From Nitrososphaerota archaeon (GTDB lineage: Archaea; Thermoproteota; EX4484-205; JAAOZP01), in the NCBI GenBank assembly GCA_011605725.1, contig JAAOZP010000017.1:64001-128000 (forward strand): a stretch of DNA of 64,000 nucleotides, in the 5' to 3' direction. The position numbers were made by a program, and so were the translations under genes. Under the pieces are notes generated by a model. The model was not told where the DNA came from. It searched no databases and worked only from the letters and a program-made list of their open reading frames with translations. Positions within the stretch are counted from its first letter, which is position 1. Each line of letters opens with the position of its first letter. Positions 1 through 9,734 of the stretch are shown piece after piece.

Positions 1-13
1 GCTTGATACAGCC

Positions 14-1498
14 ATGAGCGTGTTGTCAGATCCAGAACTACTGAAGAGATCTTTTTCAGCAATCTTCTCCTCTGTAATCTTGGCCAGCATAGTCTCGGTT
101 CTGGATGTGGTAACCGGGTTGCCCCTGGCCTGGGTTATTGCCAGGAAGAAATACCGATGGTTAAGCATCGTAGACTCTCTCGTGGACTTTCCTCTTATAG
201 TCCCCACGGTAATACTTGGTTATTCGACGCTCCTCCTCTGGTGCGAGGAAACACCTTTCTCCATCATCGGTTTTAACGGTATTTCACCAGGTTTCATAAC
301 TGTTTTACTCCTTCATTTCGCCTTCTCCTACCCTGTGGTTGTAAGGATTCTCGTCGGCAAGCTTCTTGACATAGAAGCTACGTACGAGGTTGCCGCCAGA
401 ACTCTTGGCGCATGCTCCTTCACCACGGCGAGGACAATAACGATACCCATGCTTAAATCCGGAATAATCGCTTCATTAATCCTGTCTTTCGCAAGATCGC
501 TCTCTGAAACCGGGGCGACCATAATGGTTGCAGGAAGTTTTGAAAACGGCCCAGTGTTCATAAAGAAATCAATAGATGCGGGACTAGTTCCCCCCATGGT
601 TTTCGTAAGCCTCGTCCTAATAGTTTTCTCAATACTGATACTAGCGGGTTTGAGACTGTTCGGCTTCAAGTTGAAAATACCCTTTAGGAAGTCTTACAGA
701 ATCGAGGCAGCTTTAAGCGTGGAGCGCGTCACCCGCCTTAGAGACGCGTCTGCAATAATCATCTTCCTGTTTCTCGTCTTCTTACCCGCTTGCTTCATGG
801 TCCTATCCAGAATGCATTTAATGCTTTCCAGCAGCTTGCTGGGAGAAATTTTCACCCTCCAAGGAGCATGGTTCACATACTGGGTGAGCGTGCTGAACTC
901 TTACGTAATAGGCTTCTTGACAACTTTAATCAACATTGTGTTCACCCTGCCGATGGCGACGATAATCGTCAGGAGAAAACTTGGAGGCTTGGTTTCAAGA
1001 ACTCTGGAGGCTTTAAGCACAACGTCCATAATAATGCCCTCAGTCGCCCTAGGGGTTTCACTGAGCCTCTTCTGGGGAACCACAGGGGTATCGGATTTCA
1101 TTCTTGTTCTCCTAGCACACCTGTGTATCACCTACCCCTACATGGTTTCAACAATGGTTTCAGTTCTAGAAGATATTCCGGTGGAGCTTGAGGAAGCTGG
1201 AAGAACTCTTGGGGGCACGCCTTTCAAAGTCTTTAGGTCAATCGTGCTTCCGGTAGCGAAGTACTCCTTCCTCTCCGGGGTAATTCTCACCTTCACGAGA
1301 AGCGTGAACGAAACCGGCGCTACCTTAGCGGTTTCAAAAACGTTTAAAACAGTGTCAGTATTGCTGGTTGAATGGGTTAAGGCGCCAGGGATGAAGGTTG
1401 AAGCCGGCGCCGGCACTATGGTGCTCATGCTTCTCTCAATAATCCTCCTCGTAATCTTCAGATACATCTACACGAAGGGGGGTGGCGGGGTTGCCTAA
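14..1498 (+). CDS. ABC importer permease with two fused TM domains (FbpB/ModB/CysTW-like); probably 5'-truncated by the window edge
   Basis: Two EAA loops (YEVAARTLGA, LEEAGRTLGG), hydrophobic throughout; frame is open upstream to position 2. Confidence 0.85.
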   Translation: MSVLSDPELLKRSFSAIFSSVILASIVSVLDVVTGLPLAWVIARKKYRWLSIVDSLVDFPLIVPTVILGYSTLLLWCEETPFSIIGFNGISPGFITVLLLHFAFSYPVVVRILVGKLLDIEATYEVAARTLGACSFTTARTITIPMLKSGIIASLILSFARSLSETGATIMVAGSFENGPVFIKKSIDAGLVPPMVFVSLVLIVFSILILAGLRLFGFKLKIPFRKSYRIEAALSVERVTRLRDASAIIIFLFLVFLPACFMVLSRMHLMLSSSLLGEIFTLQGAWFTYWVSVLNSYVIGFLTTLINIVFTLPMATIIVRRKLGGLVSRTLEALSTTSIIMPSVALGVSLSLFWGTTGVSDFILVLLAHLCITYPYMVSTMVSVLEDIPVELEEAGRTLGGTPFKVFRSIVLPVAKYSFLSGVILTFTRSVNETGATLAVSKTFKTVSVLLVEWVKAPGMKVEAGAGTMVLMLLSIILLVIFRYIYTKGGGGVA

Positions 1499-2585
1499 AG
1501 TCGTGTTGGAAAAAGTTTCTAAAAAGTTTGGAAGAATCACCGCTTTAAATGAGATAAATCTGATGCTTGAGGATGGAGAATACAGTTGTATCCTGGGCCC
1601 CACCGGAAGCGGTAAGACCACTCTTCTCAAGATCATAGCAGGACTTGTAGAACCGGATTCCGGCGATGTTTACATAGATGGTAGGCGGGTTACTGGAACA
1701 CCGGCTGAAACAAGAAACGCTGTCTACATGCATCAAAACTACGCCCTCTTCCCCCACTTAACAGTCAGCCAGAACATAATCTTCGGCCTAACGGCAAGGG
1801 GTTTCAGTGAAGAGGATGCCAGGAGAAAGGTTTCCGAGGTTCTTGAAATAGTTAGGCTCAGAGAATGGGCAGACGCCTATCCGAGAGAACTCAGTGGAGG
1901 GATGCAGCAGAGAGCCGCCTTAGCAAGGTGCTTAGCAACCGGGGCACGGCTCCTACTTCTGGATGAGCCTCTGGGCGCGCTTGACGCCAGGCTTAGGCTG
2001 GAGGTTAGAAGAGAGCTGAGCAGAATAGCTGAGGAGCTTAACCTCACAGTGGTTCACGTTACCCACGACCAATCGGAAGCCCTGTCTCTCGCAGACAGGT
2101 TAATCCTCATGAGGAATGGGAAAATCGTCCAGGCGGGTCCTCCCGAGGAAGTCTACTTTAAGCCCAACAGTATTTTTTCAGCGTATTTCGTAGGGGAAAG
2201 CATTTTCCTTGAAGGCATTATTAGGAGTGTTAATGGGCGAAACGTCACGCTGGAGCTTAAAAACGGCATGGCTATCGAAGCATTGTCCGATGACAGTTTC
2301 AACATGGGAGAGCTGGCTGTAGCTGCCGTAAGATGTGAAGACATTGAGGTGGGTGGAGGACCGTTAACAGGAAGCCTTAAAGAAGTCAACTTTCTCGGCA
2401 GCTTCGCAAAGCTGGTTTTCGAGCTGCCAAGAGGGTTGAAAATAATCGTGAACATACCGTTGTCAAGATTCATAAAGGAGGAGTTCAGGATTGGAGCAAG
2501 TTTCCAGCTGTCAATACCTAGGGAAAAAGTCCACCTGTTTAAGCCGCCTTCCAAGGGTTTGGCTGGAGAGATTGAGGCTGTCTGA
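1482..2585 (+). CDS. ABC importer ATP-binding subunit (PotA/CysA/MalK-like, C-terminal TOBE)
   Basis: Walker A GPTGSGKT, signature LSGGMQQR, Walker B LLLDEP, VTHD. Confidence 0.92.
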   Translation: MAGLPKVVLEKVSKKFGRITALNEINLMLEDGEYSCILGPTGSGKTTLLKIIAGLVEPDSGDVYIDGRRVTGTPAETRNAVYMHQNYALFPHLTVSQNIIFGLTARGFSEEDARRKVSEVLEIVRLREWADAYPRELSGGMQQRAALARCLATGARLLLLDEPLGALDARLRLEVRRELSRIAEELNLTVVHVTHDQSEALSLADRLILMRNGKIVQAGPPEEVYFKPNSIFSAYFVGESIFLEGIIRSVNGRNVTLELKNGMAIEALSDDSFNMGELAVAAVRCEDIEVGGGPLTGSLKEVNFLGSFAKLVFELPRGLKIIVNIPLSRFIKEEFRIGASFQLSIPREKVHLFKPPSKGLAGEIEAV

Positions 2586-2587
2586 AA

Positions 2588-3664
2588 ATGCCCAGCGTTA
2601 AAGTTGAGAGTGTCACGAAAAGATTCGGAGGATTTACCGCCCTAGAGAAAGTGAGTATAAACATTGAGGATAGGGAGTATGTCTCCATAATAGGTCCTTC
2701 AGGATGTGGCAAAACAACTTTACTGAGAATAATTGCAGGCATAATACGTGATTACGAGGGCCATGTTTACGTTGATGGGAGGCTTTTCGACAGTGAGCCT
2801 CTGGAGAAGAGGGGAATAGGATACGTGTTCCAAAACATTGCTTTATTTCCAAACATGAATGTTGGTGGAAACGTTTCTTACAGTCCCAGGGCTAAGGGGT
2901 TGGATAAGAGCGTTGTGAGAACAACCACCATAGAGATGCTTGAGCTTATGAAACTGACGGAACGCTACTACGATTACCCGAGGTCTTTAAGCGGGGGAAT
3001 GCAGCAGAAGACAGCTTTAGCTAGGGCATTAGCATCAAACGCTAGGCTCCTGCTACTGGACGAGCCGCTCTCGCTCTTAGACTTGAAAGTTAGGACTGAG
3101 CTAAGATACGAGCTTAGAAGAATAGTTAAAGATCTTGGATTAACAGCGATCCATGTAACTCACGACCAGGAGGAGGCCATGGCTATCTCAGATAGGATAA
3201 TAGTTATGAGGAGGGCTCGCGTCGTTGAAGACGGCACCCCGTTAGACCTTTACCTTCATCCCAAGAGGATCTTCACAGCCTACTTCCTTGGCGAATCCAA
3301 TATTTTCGAAGGAAACGTTGCTGAGGCTGATGAAGACACGGTTTCGATCGATGTTGGAAGCCTTTTGATCAAGGCTAGGAATACGGGGTTCCAGACTGGG
3401 GAGAGGGTCGTAGCGATGTTGAGGCCTGAGCTGGTTGAGCTTGGGGGAGATATTAACGCAAGGGTTTTGAAGAAAACGATAGAGGGATTGTTCAGCCGGA
3501 TTATCCTAGATGTTAACGGAATCAAGATAATTATTAAGCAACCATACTCGATTGTTTCAGGGATAGGTGAAGGCTCTTATGTAAAGATAAGGCTTCCTGA
3601 GAAGCATATTCTAGTTTATAAGTATCCAGGGAGAGACTTATATAGCGAGCTCTCGCTCTATTAG
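2588..3664 (+). CDS. Second ABC importer ATP-binding subunit (paralogue of the upstream gene)
   Basis: GPSGCGKT, LSGGMQQK, LLLDEP, VTHDQEEA. Confidence 0.92.
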   Translation: MPSVKVESVTKRFGGFTALEKVSINIEDREYVSIIGPSGCGKTTLLRIIAGIIRDYEGHVYVDGRLFDSEPLEKRGIGYVFQNIALFPNMNVGGNVSYSPRAKGLDKSVVRTTTIEMLELMKLTERYYDYPRSLSGGMQQKTALARALASNARLLLLDEPLSLLDLKVRTELRYELRRIVKDLGLTAIHVTHDQEEAMAISDRIIVMRRARVVEDGTPLDLYLHPKRIFTAYFLGESNIFEGNVAEADEDTVSIDVGSLLIKARNTGFQTGERVVAMLRPELVELGGDINARVLKKTIEGLFSRIILDVNGIKIIIKQPYSIVSGIGEGSYVKIRLPEKHILVYKYPGRDLYSELSLY

Positions 3665-3665
3665 G

Positions 3666-4358
3666 TTGAAAATGCCGTACAGAGACATGGAAGAATGGCT
3701 TAAGGATAGGAGGAAGGCCAGGGTTCTGGATCTTCTGGCTTCCCACGCAGACAAAGTTTTTCAAGTAGTCGATGAGCTTCTGAAGATTACTAAGGCCTCC
3801 ATGAATGCTTTAGACTCAGAGGTAAAAACCGTATTTGCTAGACAGGACCAAATGGAAAGAGAAGCCGATTTCCTTAGGAGAAAGGTGATGGATGAGATTG
3901 CTAGAAGCGAGCTTCCACCGGATATGAAAAAATATTTCATGGAGCTTTCGAAGGAAGTCGACATGGTTGCGGACTATGCTCATGGGGCGGGCAGGATACT
4001 TACTTTCCTGCCTTTAAGCAGCTTGAAACACGGTATAAAGGATAAGATAGAGCAGATGTGCGTGAAGACTCGAGGATGCGCCTTAAACCTTAGAGACGCG
4101 TTGGCAGCGTTATCATCTATGGATTATGATAAAGCAGTTTACTTAAGCGATGAAGTTGAAAAAGGCGAGGAGGAGGTGGATATGCTTTTCACGGAAGCCA
4201 GAGGGATACTGTTAAACGAAGAATACTCTAATATGGATCCAAGGATACTGTTATTTCTTTCAAATTTTTTAAAGGAGATAGAGGATACGTGCGACAGATG
4301 CGAAGACTCCATAGACCACTTAAGAGTCCTTCTCGTAGGCCTAACTAAACCAATATGA
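3666..4358 (+). CDS. DUF47 / PhoU-related phosphate-transport regulator
   Basis: Two helical repeats with EREAD..RR and EEEVD motifs, D..AD and ED..D..ED pattern. Confidence 0.8.
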   Translation: MKMPYRDMEEWLKDRRKARVLDLLASHADKVFQVVDELLKITKASMNALDSEVKTVFARQDQMEREADFLRRKVMDEIARSELPPDMKKYFMELSKEVDMVADYAHGAGRILTFLPLSSLKHGIKDKIEQMCVKTRGCALNLRDALAALSSMDYDKAVYLSDEVEKGEEEVDMLFTEARGILLNEEYSNMDPRILLFLSNFLKEIEDTCDRCEDSIDHLRVLLVGLTKPI

Positions 4359-4361
4359 ACG

Positions 4362-5939
4362 TTAGGCACCGATTTTCTTCACAACCCCGAGGCCTCTGGT
4401 TCTCCCCTCTCTGAAAATAAATGTGTCTCCAACCCTTATGTATTCAGGCCTCTTTATGAATTCAAACTCAACGATATCCGTGTCCCCAGTCCTTAGAGCT
4501 GGTTTCCTCATCCTGACTATTCTCGCAGCCTGCTTAACAGTCCTAGTCTGTATAACAGGCTCGTAGCCTAGCATTATGGTAGTCGGATGGTGCAGTATTC
4601 TAATTTCAGCAGTGAACCGTCTCACGGCATAGGCTTTAGCTCCAACATCAAGCAGAACCATTCCGGTCCTAATCTCATCATAGTCAACATTGGTTATTGC
4701 TAACGCGGCTATTTGGCCGGCAATAGCCTTTTCAACATGAACCCTGTTTACGTGAATAGACTTAACCCTTACTGTTCTAAAAGAACCGTCTTCGAAAGGC
4801 CCGAGTAGAAGCATCTCATCCCTCTTAACAATCCCCTGCTCGACAAGGCCGCCTACAACAAGGCCAACACCCTCTACATAAAACTTCTCATCGATAAAGC
4901 AGAGGGTTTCCATGTTGGACTTTTCAGCCCAGTCTGTTTTAGGTGGGAGAGCATTTAAAAAGGCTTTCAACTCAGCTAAACCTCTTCCAGTGATGTTTGA
5001 AACTAAAAATATCGGACAAACCCTAAGATGCGGCATCACTCTTGACGCAAGAGAAGCATCGCCACCGCTTTTAATCAGGAACGGTATCTTGTTAACGCCG
5101 GGAAGCTTTAGAATTGTTTCAATATCGTTAAGAGTTCTTGAGAGAACTTCCGGCGGGGTAATATCTATCTTAGTCACAACTATGAAGACAGGTATTTTCA
5201 GGGCAACGGATAACCCAAGGTGTTCCCTAAAAGTCCCTATTGGGCCAGCATTGCTTCCTACAACTATACAGACGTAATCAGGAAGATTACCGAGAATACC
5301 TCTTATAGTTGTTTTTAAATATTTTTCATGACCTGCTAAATCTATGAGAGAAATGATCTTTGAACCGTTCAGAAAAATTTTAGATTCATCGTAAGAACTC
5401 ATGGAATCGTTTATCGAACAACCTTTAGAGTCGAAACCTAGAAGGTGGATTGAAACCGAAGAGGATCTTCTAAACTTAATCTCATGAAGATATCTTGCAA
5501 CCATGCTCATTGCTGCACCATTACCATCATCGAGTCTACCAGATATTAACACTCCTTTTAACGTAGACTTCCCGGAGTCCACGTTTCCCAAGAGGGCTAC
5601 TGAGACCTGAACAGGTGGAAAATCCGTAGTTCTTCGCACGAGTACTTCAAACACTTTACCCCTTCTGCCTTTTTCAACCCTGGTAATCATACAGGAGGCG
5701 CCTATCGTTTTAGCTATAGTATCTAATGCCTTCAAAGACTCTTCTGCTTCTTCATCCGTAAGACCGACGGCTTCACCCTCATCACTTACCCCTATCTCGT
5801 AGAAAGCCTCGCCCCTGCCTTCGTTAAGCCTGTAATTCAACTGGGTGGCGAGCTGCTGAAGCCTCTTTTCATCACTCGGGTTCAGCAGAAGCTTATACTC
5901 TACGTTCCCCTCCTCTTTTTCTTTCTCCAAACTTTCCAC
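4362..5939 (-). CDS. Archaeal GTPBP1-family translational GTPase
   Basis: N-terminal EEGNVEYK domain, G1 GNVDSGKST, G3 DLAGHEKY, G4 TKID, EF-Tu-like domains II/III ending FREGRTRGLG. Confidence 0.92.
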   Translation of the reverse strand: MESLEKEKEEGNVEYKLLLNPSDEKRLQQLATQLNYRLNEGRGEAFYEIGVSDEGEAVGLTDEEAEESLKALDTIAKTIGASCMITRVEKGRRGKVFEVLVRRTTDFPPVQVSVALLGNVDSGKSTLKGVLISGRLDDGNGAAMSMVARYLHEIKFRRSSSVSIHLLGFDSKGCSINDSMSSYDESKIFLNGSKIISLIDLAGHEKYLKTTIRGILGNLPDYVCIVVGSNAGPIGTFREHLGLSVALKIPVFIVVTKIDITPPEVLSRTLNDIETILKLPGVNKIPFLIKSGGDASLASRVMPHLRVCPIFLVSNITGRGLAELKAFLNALPPKTDWAEKSNMETLCFIDEKFYVEGVGLVVGGLVEQGIVKRDEMLLLGPFEDGSFRTVRVKSIHVNRVHVEKAIAGQIAALAITNVDYDEIRTGMVLLDVGAKAYAVRRFTAEIRILHHPTTIMLGYEPVIQTRTVKQAARIVRMRKPALRTGDTDIVEFEFIKRPEYIRVGDTFIFREGRTRGLGVVKKIGA

Positions 5940-6262
5940 TAGATTATTTAGGAAGTTAATTAACTTTATCGGTTGTTGCTTCCGGACATAAAAATAAGAG
6001 CATACGTTGATAGACAGGAACGGGGCTTTTTAATTTAACACGGTTATAATATTGCCGAATACCGTTGGAAAAACTTATGAACAGTTTAAGTAGAAAGGGC
6101 GGTGAAACGTGAGGAGAAGAGGGTCGAGGGATGTAAAAACAGATGACCTCAACTTACCCATCTGACTTCCTAGATTTTTAGCAAGTAGGATGAAAACATT
6201 TATTTTAAAAACGACAACAGGATGTTTAAAAAGATGGTTAAAGTCTGGGGAGGTTTAGAATA

Positions 6263-9200
6263 ATGATTGCGATCTATACCGGACTATGTCCAAGCTGTGG
6301 TGGAGATATTAGTTCAACCAGGCTTGAGAGAGGACTTCCATGCGAAAAATGTTTGCCGAATGAAAGTGTTGAAATCAGTAAAATAGCTTCAGGAAAACTT
6401 AGGGAAATACTGGAAGTCAGGAGGCTTGAGGAGGAGTGGACAAACTTCTTTAAAAAGTTTCTAGGATCCTCACCCTGGAGCCTCCAAGCCTCCTGGGCGA
6501 GAAAAGTTTTTCTTAAAAGATCTTTTGCACTCATAGCGCCTACGGGAGTGGGCAAAACATCTTTCGGAATAAGTATCGCTGCTTTTCTGGCTGAAAAAGG
6601 AAAGAGATCCTACATAATAGTTCCTACGAAAATCCTAGTCGAACAAGTAAAGGAAAAATTGGAGAAAACCGTGGACAGAAATTGGATTATAGCTTTTGGC
6701 GAAATGAACGAGAAAGAGAAGGAGAAAGCTAAGGAAAGGATCCGTAATGGGGACTTCCGAATAATAGTATCGACATCAATGTTCCTATACAAGAACTATG
6801 ATATCATACCTAGACCATTAGATTTTGTCTTCATCGACGATGTGGATTCTTTTCTTAAAACAGCAAAAAACATAGACAAATCATTATACTTAATTAATTT
6901 TGAAAAAGAGGATATTGAAAAGACAATGGAGCTTATAAAAGCGAGAAAACTTCAAGGTGAAGAAGACACTAAGACTTTTTACGAGGAAATTAAAAAGATT
7001 TCTATGAAGGCAAGAGGAGTGATAGTCGTTTCTTCAGCAACTTCAAATCCTCGTAGCAGCAGAATAAGGCTGTATAAGGAACTACTTGGATTTGAAGTGG
7101 GCAAACCTTCCTTCTACATCAGGAATGTGGTTGACGCCTTCTCGTATTCTAAAGAAGAATACGACTTAGTAGACTGGATTAAAAAACTGGGTAAGGGAGG
7201 ACTAGTTTTCGTTTCCTCCGATAAAGGTAAAGAATACGTTAATCACATCGTCCACCTTTTATCGGAAAAAGGTATTAAAGCTCTTTCATACGAAGAACTC
7301 GGAGAAGAAAACATTAGGAAATATGAGAAAGGCGAAATAGATGTTTTAGTCGGCATTGCAAGCTATAAGAATCCGTTGGCACGAGGCATAGATCTACCTC
7401 ATGTAGTTAAATACGCGTTATTCTTCGGCGTTCCAAAGATCGTTATAAGCCTTAAAATCGAGGAAAACGCGATGCATCTTCTTTGGCTTGTTGCTTCAAT
7501 CAGAAGCATTGCATCTAAACATGACTATCTGAAAAAGTTTCTACCGAGAATAGACAGTTGGTTGAGATTTTTGAAACGCTCAACGTCCTTTCTTTCTGAA
7601 GAAGACAGGATTGTCAGTGAAAAAATGAAACTCTATTTAGAACGTATTCGAAGCGAGATAATGGAGTTTTTAGAAGACAGGGAGGTTTCAGAAATCATTG
7701 AGAGGTCAAAGGAGTTATCATTAAGAAGGACGATAGATGGGTTTATACTTACAATTTCAGATGCCACTGCTTATCTCCAAGCGAGTGGAAGGACTTCAAG
7801 ACTGTATGCTCAAGGCTTAACCAAAGGTTTTTCGCTTATACTAATTGATGACGAAAAATCTTTTCATCATCTTCAGAAGAAAGCGAGATGGTTCGATGAG
7901 GAGATAAACTTTGTAGATGTGAACAGTATCAAGTTAGAAAAACTGTTAAAGGAGATTGAAGAAGAAAGGGAAGTAGTGAGGAGAATACTTGAGGACAAGG
8001 CAGGAGGGGAAACACGAGATATTTTGAAACCTGTACTCATTGTCGTAGAGTCGCCGAATAAAGCCAAGACCATAGCAAGTTTCTTCGGTAAACCAATAGC
8101 TAGAGTGCTAAACGGACATAAAGTCTATGAAACCGCCACGGGAGACAACTATCTACTTATAACGGCTTCGCTCGGTCATGTTTTCGACTTGGTTAAAAAT
8201 AAGCATTTCCATGGTGTTCTTATCGATGGCAATAATATAGTACCAGAGTATGAGATTATAGAAGGCAAAGAGAAAATTGTGGAAAGCCTTGTAGAAATAG
8301 GGATGGAGATTGACAGGATTCTAATAGCTACTGACCCAGATACAGAGGGGGAGAAAATTTCGCATGATTTGATGCTTCTTCTGAAACCCTTTGTTAAAGA
8401 CGTGGAACGGATAGAGTTTCACGAGGTTACTAGAAAAGCGATAGTGAAGGCCATAAAAGAACCGAGAAAATTCAATTTGAACATGGTTCAGGCGCAGATC
8501 GTTAGAAGAATTGCAGACAGATGGGTTGGGTTCGAATTATCACAATATTTACAGAAGGTTTTCAATAAGAACTGGCTTTCTGCCGGAAGAGTTCAAACAC
8601 CTGTGTTGGGATGGATAATAGAAAGAGATAACCTTAGCAAGGAGAAAATATTCATAGTATTGGTAACGCTAAAGAAGGATAATAAGATGCTTAGACTGGA
8701 GTTTCCGTTTGAAAATAAAAATGAGGCGGAGAGCTTTTTCGATAGGCTTGAAGAATTAGAATTTAAGGTCGTTGAGGAAAAAGAAGAAACAAGGCTTCCT
8801 CCTCCACCTTATAGAACAGACACCATGCTTAGAGATGCCGGTGATAAACTGAAGTTTAGCCCAACTGAAACCATGCGGCTAGCACAGGATCTTTTCGAAA
8901 TGGGTTACATAACCTACCATAGGACAGACTCAGTAAGGGTTTCTGAAACAGGAATTAGCCTGGCGAAAAAGTATGTAGAAGAAAATTTTTCACCTTCCTA
9001 CTTTCATCCAAGAACATGGAGTAAGGAGGGGGCTCACGAATGCATTAGACCAACTAAGCCTATTGATGTTGAAGATGTTAAGACCATGATGCTTGCAGGC
9101 CAGATAAGAGGCTTAAACAGAGACCATGTTATGCTTTACGATTTGATTTTCAAAAGATTCATAGCAAGTCAGTTAAAGGAATGTAAAGTTAGAGTAGTAA

Positions 9201-9706
9201 GGCTTAGGGTTAAGGCATTTAACATTGAAAAAGACGTTGAGATCGTTAAAGATATTGTGGAAGAAGGCTTTAACCTTTCACTCCCATTAGAGACTCAACC
9301 TTCATTCGAAGGTAGAATACCGGTTTCAACCTGCAAAAAACTCCTACAGAGACCTAAAGCTTACCCGCATACATGGGCAAGCATAGTCCAGGAGATGAAG
9401 GAGAAAGGAATAGGTAGACCTTCAACATACGCTACGATAATTCAAACTTTGTTGGAAAGAGGGTATGTAGTAGAGAGGAAAAGCTTTCTCATACCTACAA
9501 GCCTGGGGAAAACAGTTTATAACTTTCTTAAGAAACATGAAAACATTGTTGAGTTTGTTTCAGAAGGGTTCACAAGAATTTTAGAGGAGAAGATGGATGA
9601 AATCGAGCAAGGAAAAGAGGATTGGCAGAAATTACTGTTCGAACTATATCAAAAGATAGGAGGAGCAATGGAGAGGCTGAAAGGAGTAGAAAAAAATGCT
9701 GCTTAA
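6263..9706 (+). CDS. rgy: Reverse gyrase
   Basis: N-terminal CPSC/CEKC Zn finger, SF2 helicase motifs APTGVGKT, DDVD, QASGRTSR; topoisomerase IA VESPNKA, TDPDTEGE, SAGRVQTP, ITYHRTD. Confidence 0.97.
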   Translation: MIAIYTGLCPSCGGDISSTRLERGLPCEKCLPNESVEISKIASGKLREILEVRRLEEEWTNFFKKFLGSSPWSLQASWARKVFLKRSFALIAPTGVGKTSFGISIAAFLAEKGKRSYIIVPTKILVEQVKEKLEKTVDRNWIIAFGEMNEKEKEKAKERIRNGDFRIIVSTSMFLYKNYDIIPRPLDFVFIDDVDSFLKTAKNIDKSLYLINFEKEDIEKTMELIKARKLQGEEDTKTFYEEIKKISMKARGVIVVSSATSNPRSSRIRLYKELLGFEVGKPSFYIRNVVDAFSYSKEEYDLVDWIKKLGKGGLVFVSSDKGKEYVNHIVHLLSEKGIKALSYEELGEENIRKYEKGEIDVLVGIASYKNPLARGIDLPHVVKYALFFGVPKIVISLKIEENAMHLLWLVASIRSIASKHDYLKKFLPRIDSWLRFLKRSTSFLSEEDRIVSEKMKLYLERIRSEIMEFLEDREVSEIIERSKELSLRRTIDGFILTISDATAYLQASGRTSRLYAQGLTKGFSLILIDDEKSFHHLQKKARWFDEEINFVDVNSIKLEKLLKEIEEEREVVRRILEDKAGGETRDILKPVLIVVESPNKAKTIASFFGKPIARVLNGHKVYETATGDNYLLITASLGHVFDLVKNKHFHGVLIDGNNIVPEYEIIEGKEKIVESLVEIGMEIDRILIATDPDTEGEKISHDLMLLLKPFVKDVERIEFHEVTRKAIVKAIKEPRKFNLNMVQAQIVRRIADRWVGFELSQYLQKVFNKNWLSAGRVQTPVLGWIIERDNLSKEKIFIVLVTLKKDNKMLRLEFPFENKNEAESFFDRLEELEFKVVEEKEETRLPPPPYRTDTMLRDAGDKLKFSPTETMRLAQDLFEMGYITYHRTDSVRVSETGISLAKKYVEENFSPSYFHPRTWSKEGAHECIRPTKPIDVEDVKTMMLAGQIRGLNRDHVMLYDLIFKRFIASQLKECKVRVVRLRVKAFNIEKDVEIVKDIVEEGFNLSLPLETQPSFEGRIPVSTCKKLLQRPKAYPHTWASIVQEMKEKGIGRPSTYATIIQTLLERGYVVERKSFLIPTSLGKTVYNFLKKHENIVEFVSEGFTRILEEKMDEIEQGKEDWQKLLFELYQKIGGAMERLKGVEKNAA

Positions 9707-9734
9707 GCATTATCATCTTATTCTGCAAAACTAA

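Noticed and set aside
6109-6170. GATGA...CTGA and a weak hairpin upstream of rgy as a possible C/D RNA
   Set aside because: Only one degenerate C/D pair; no convincing second pair
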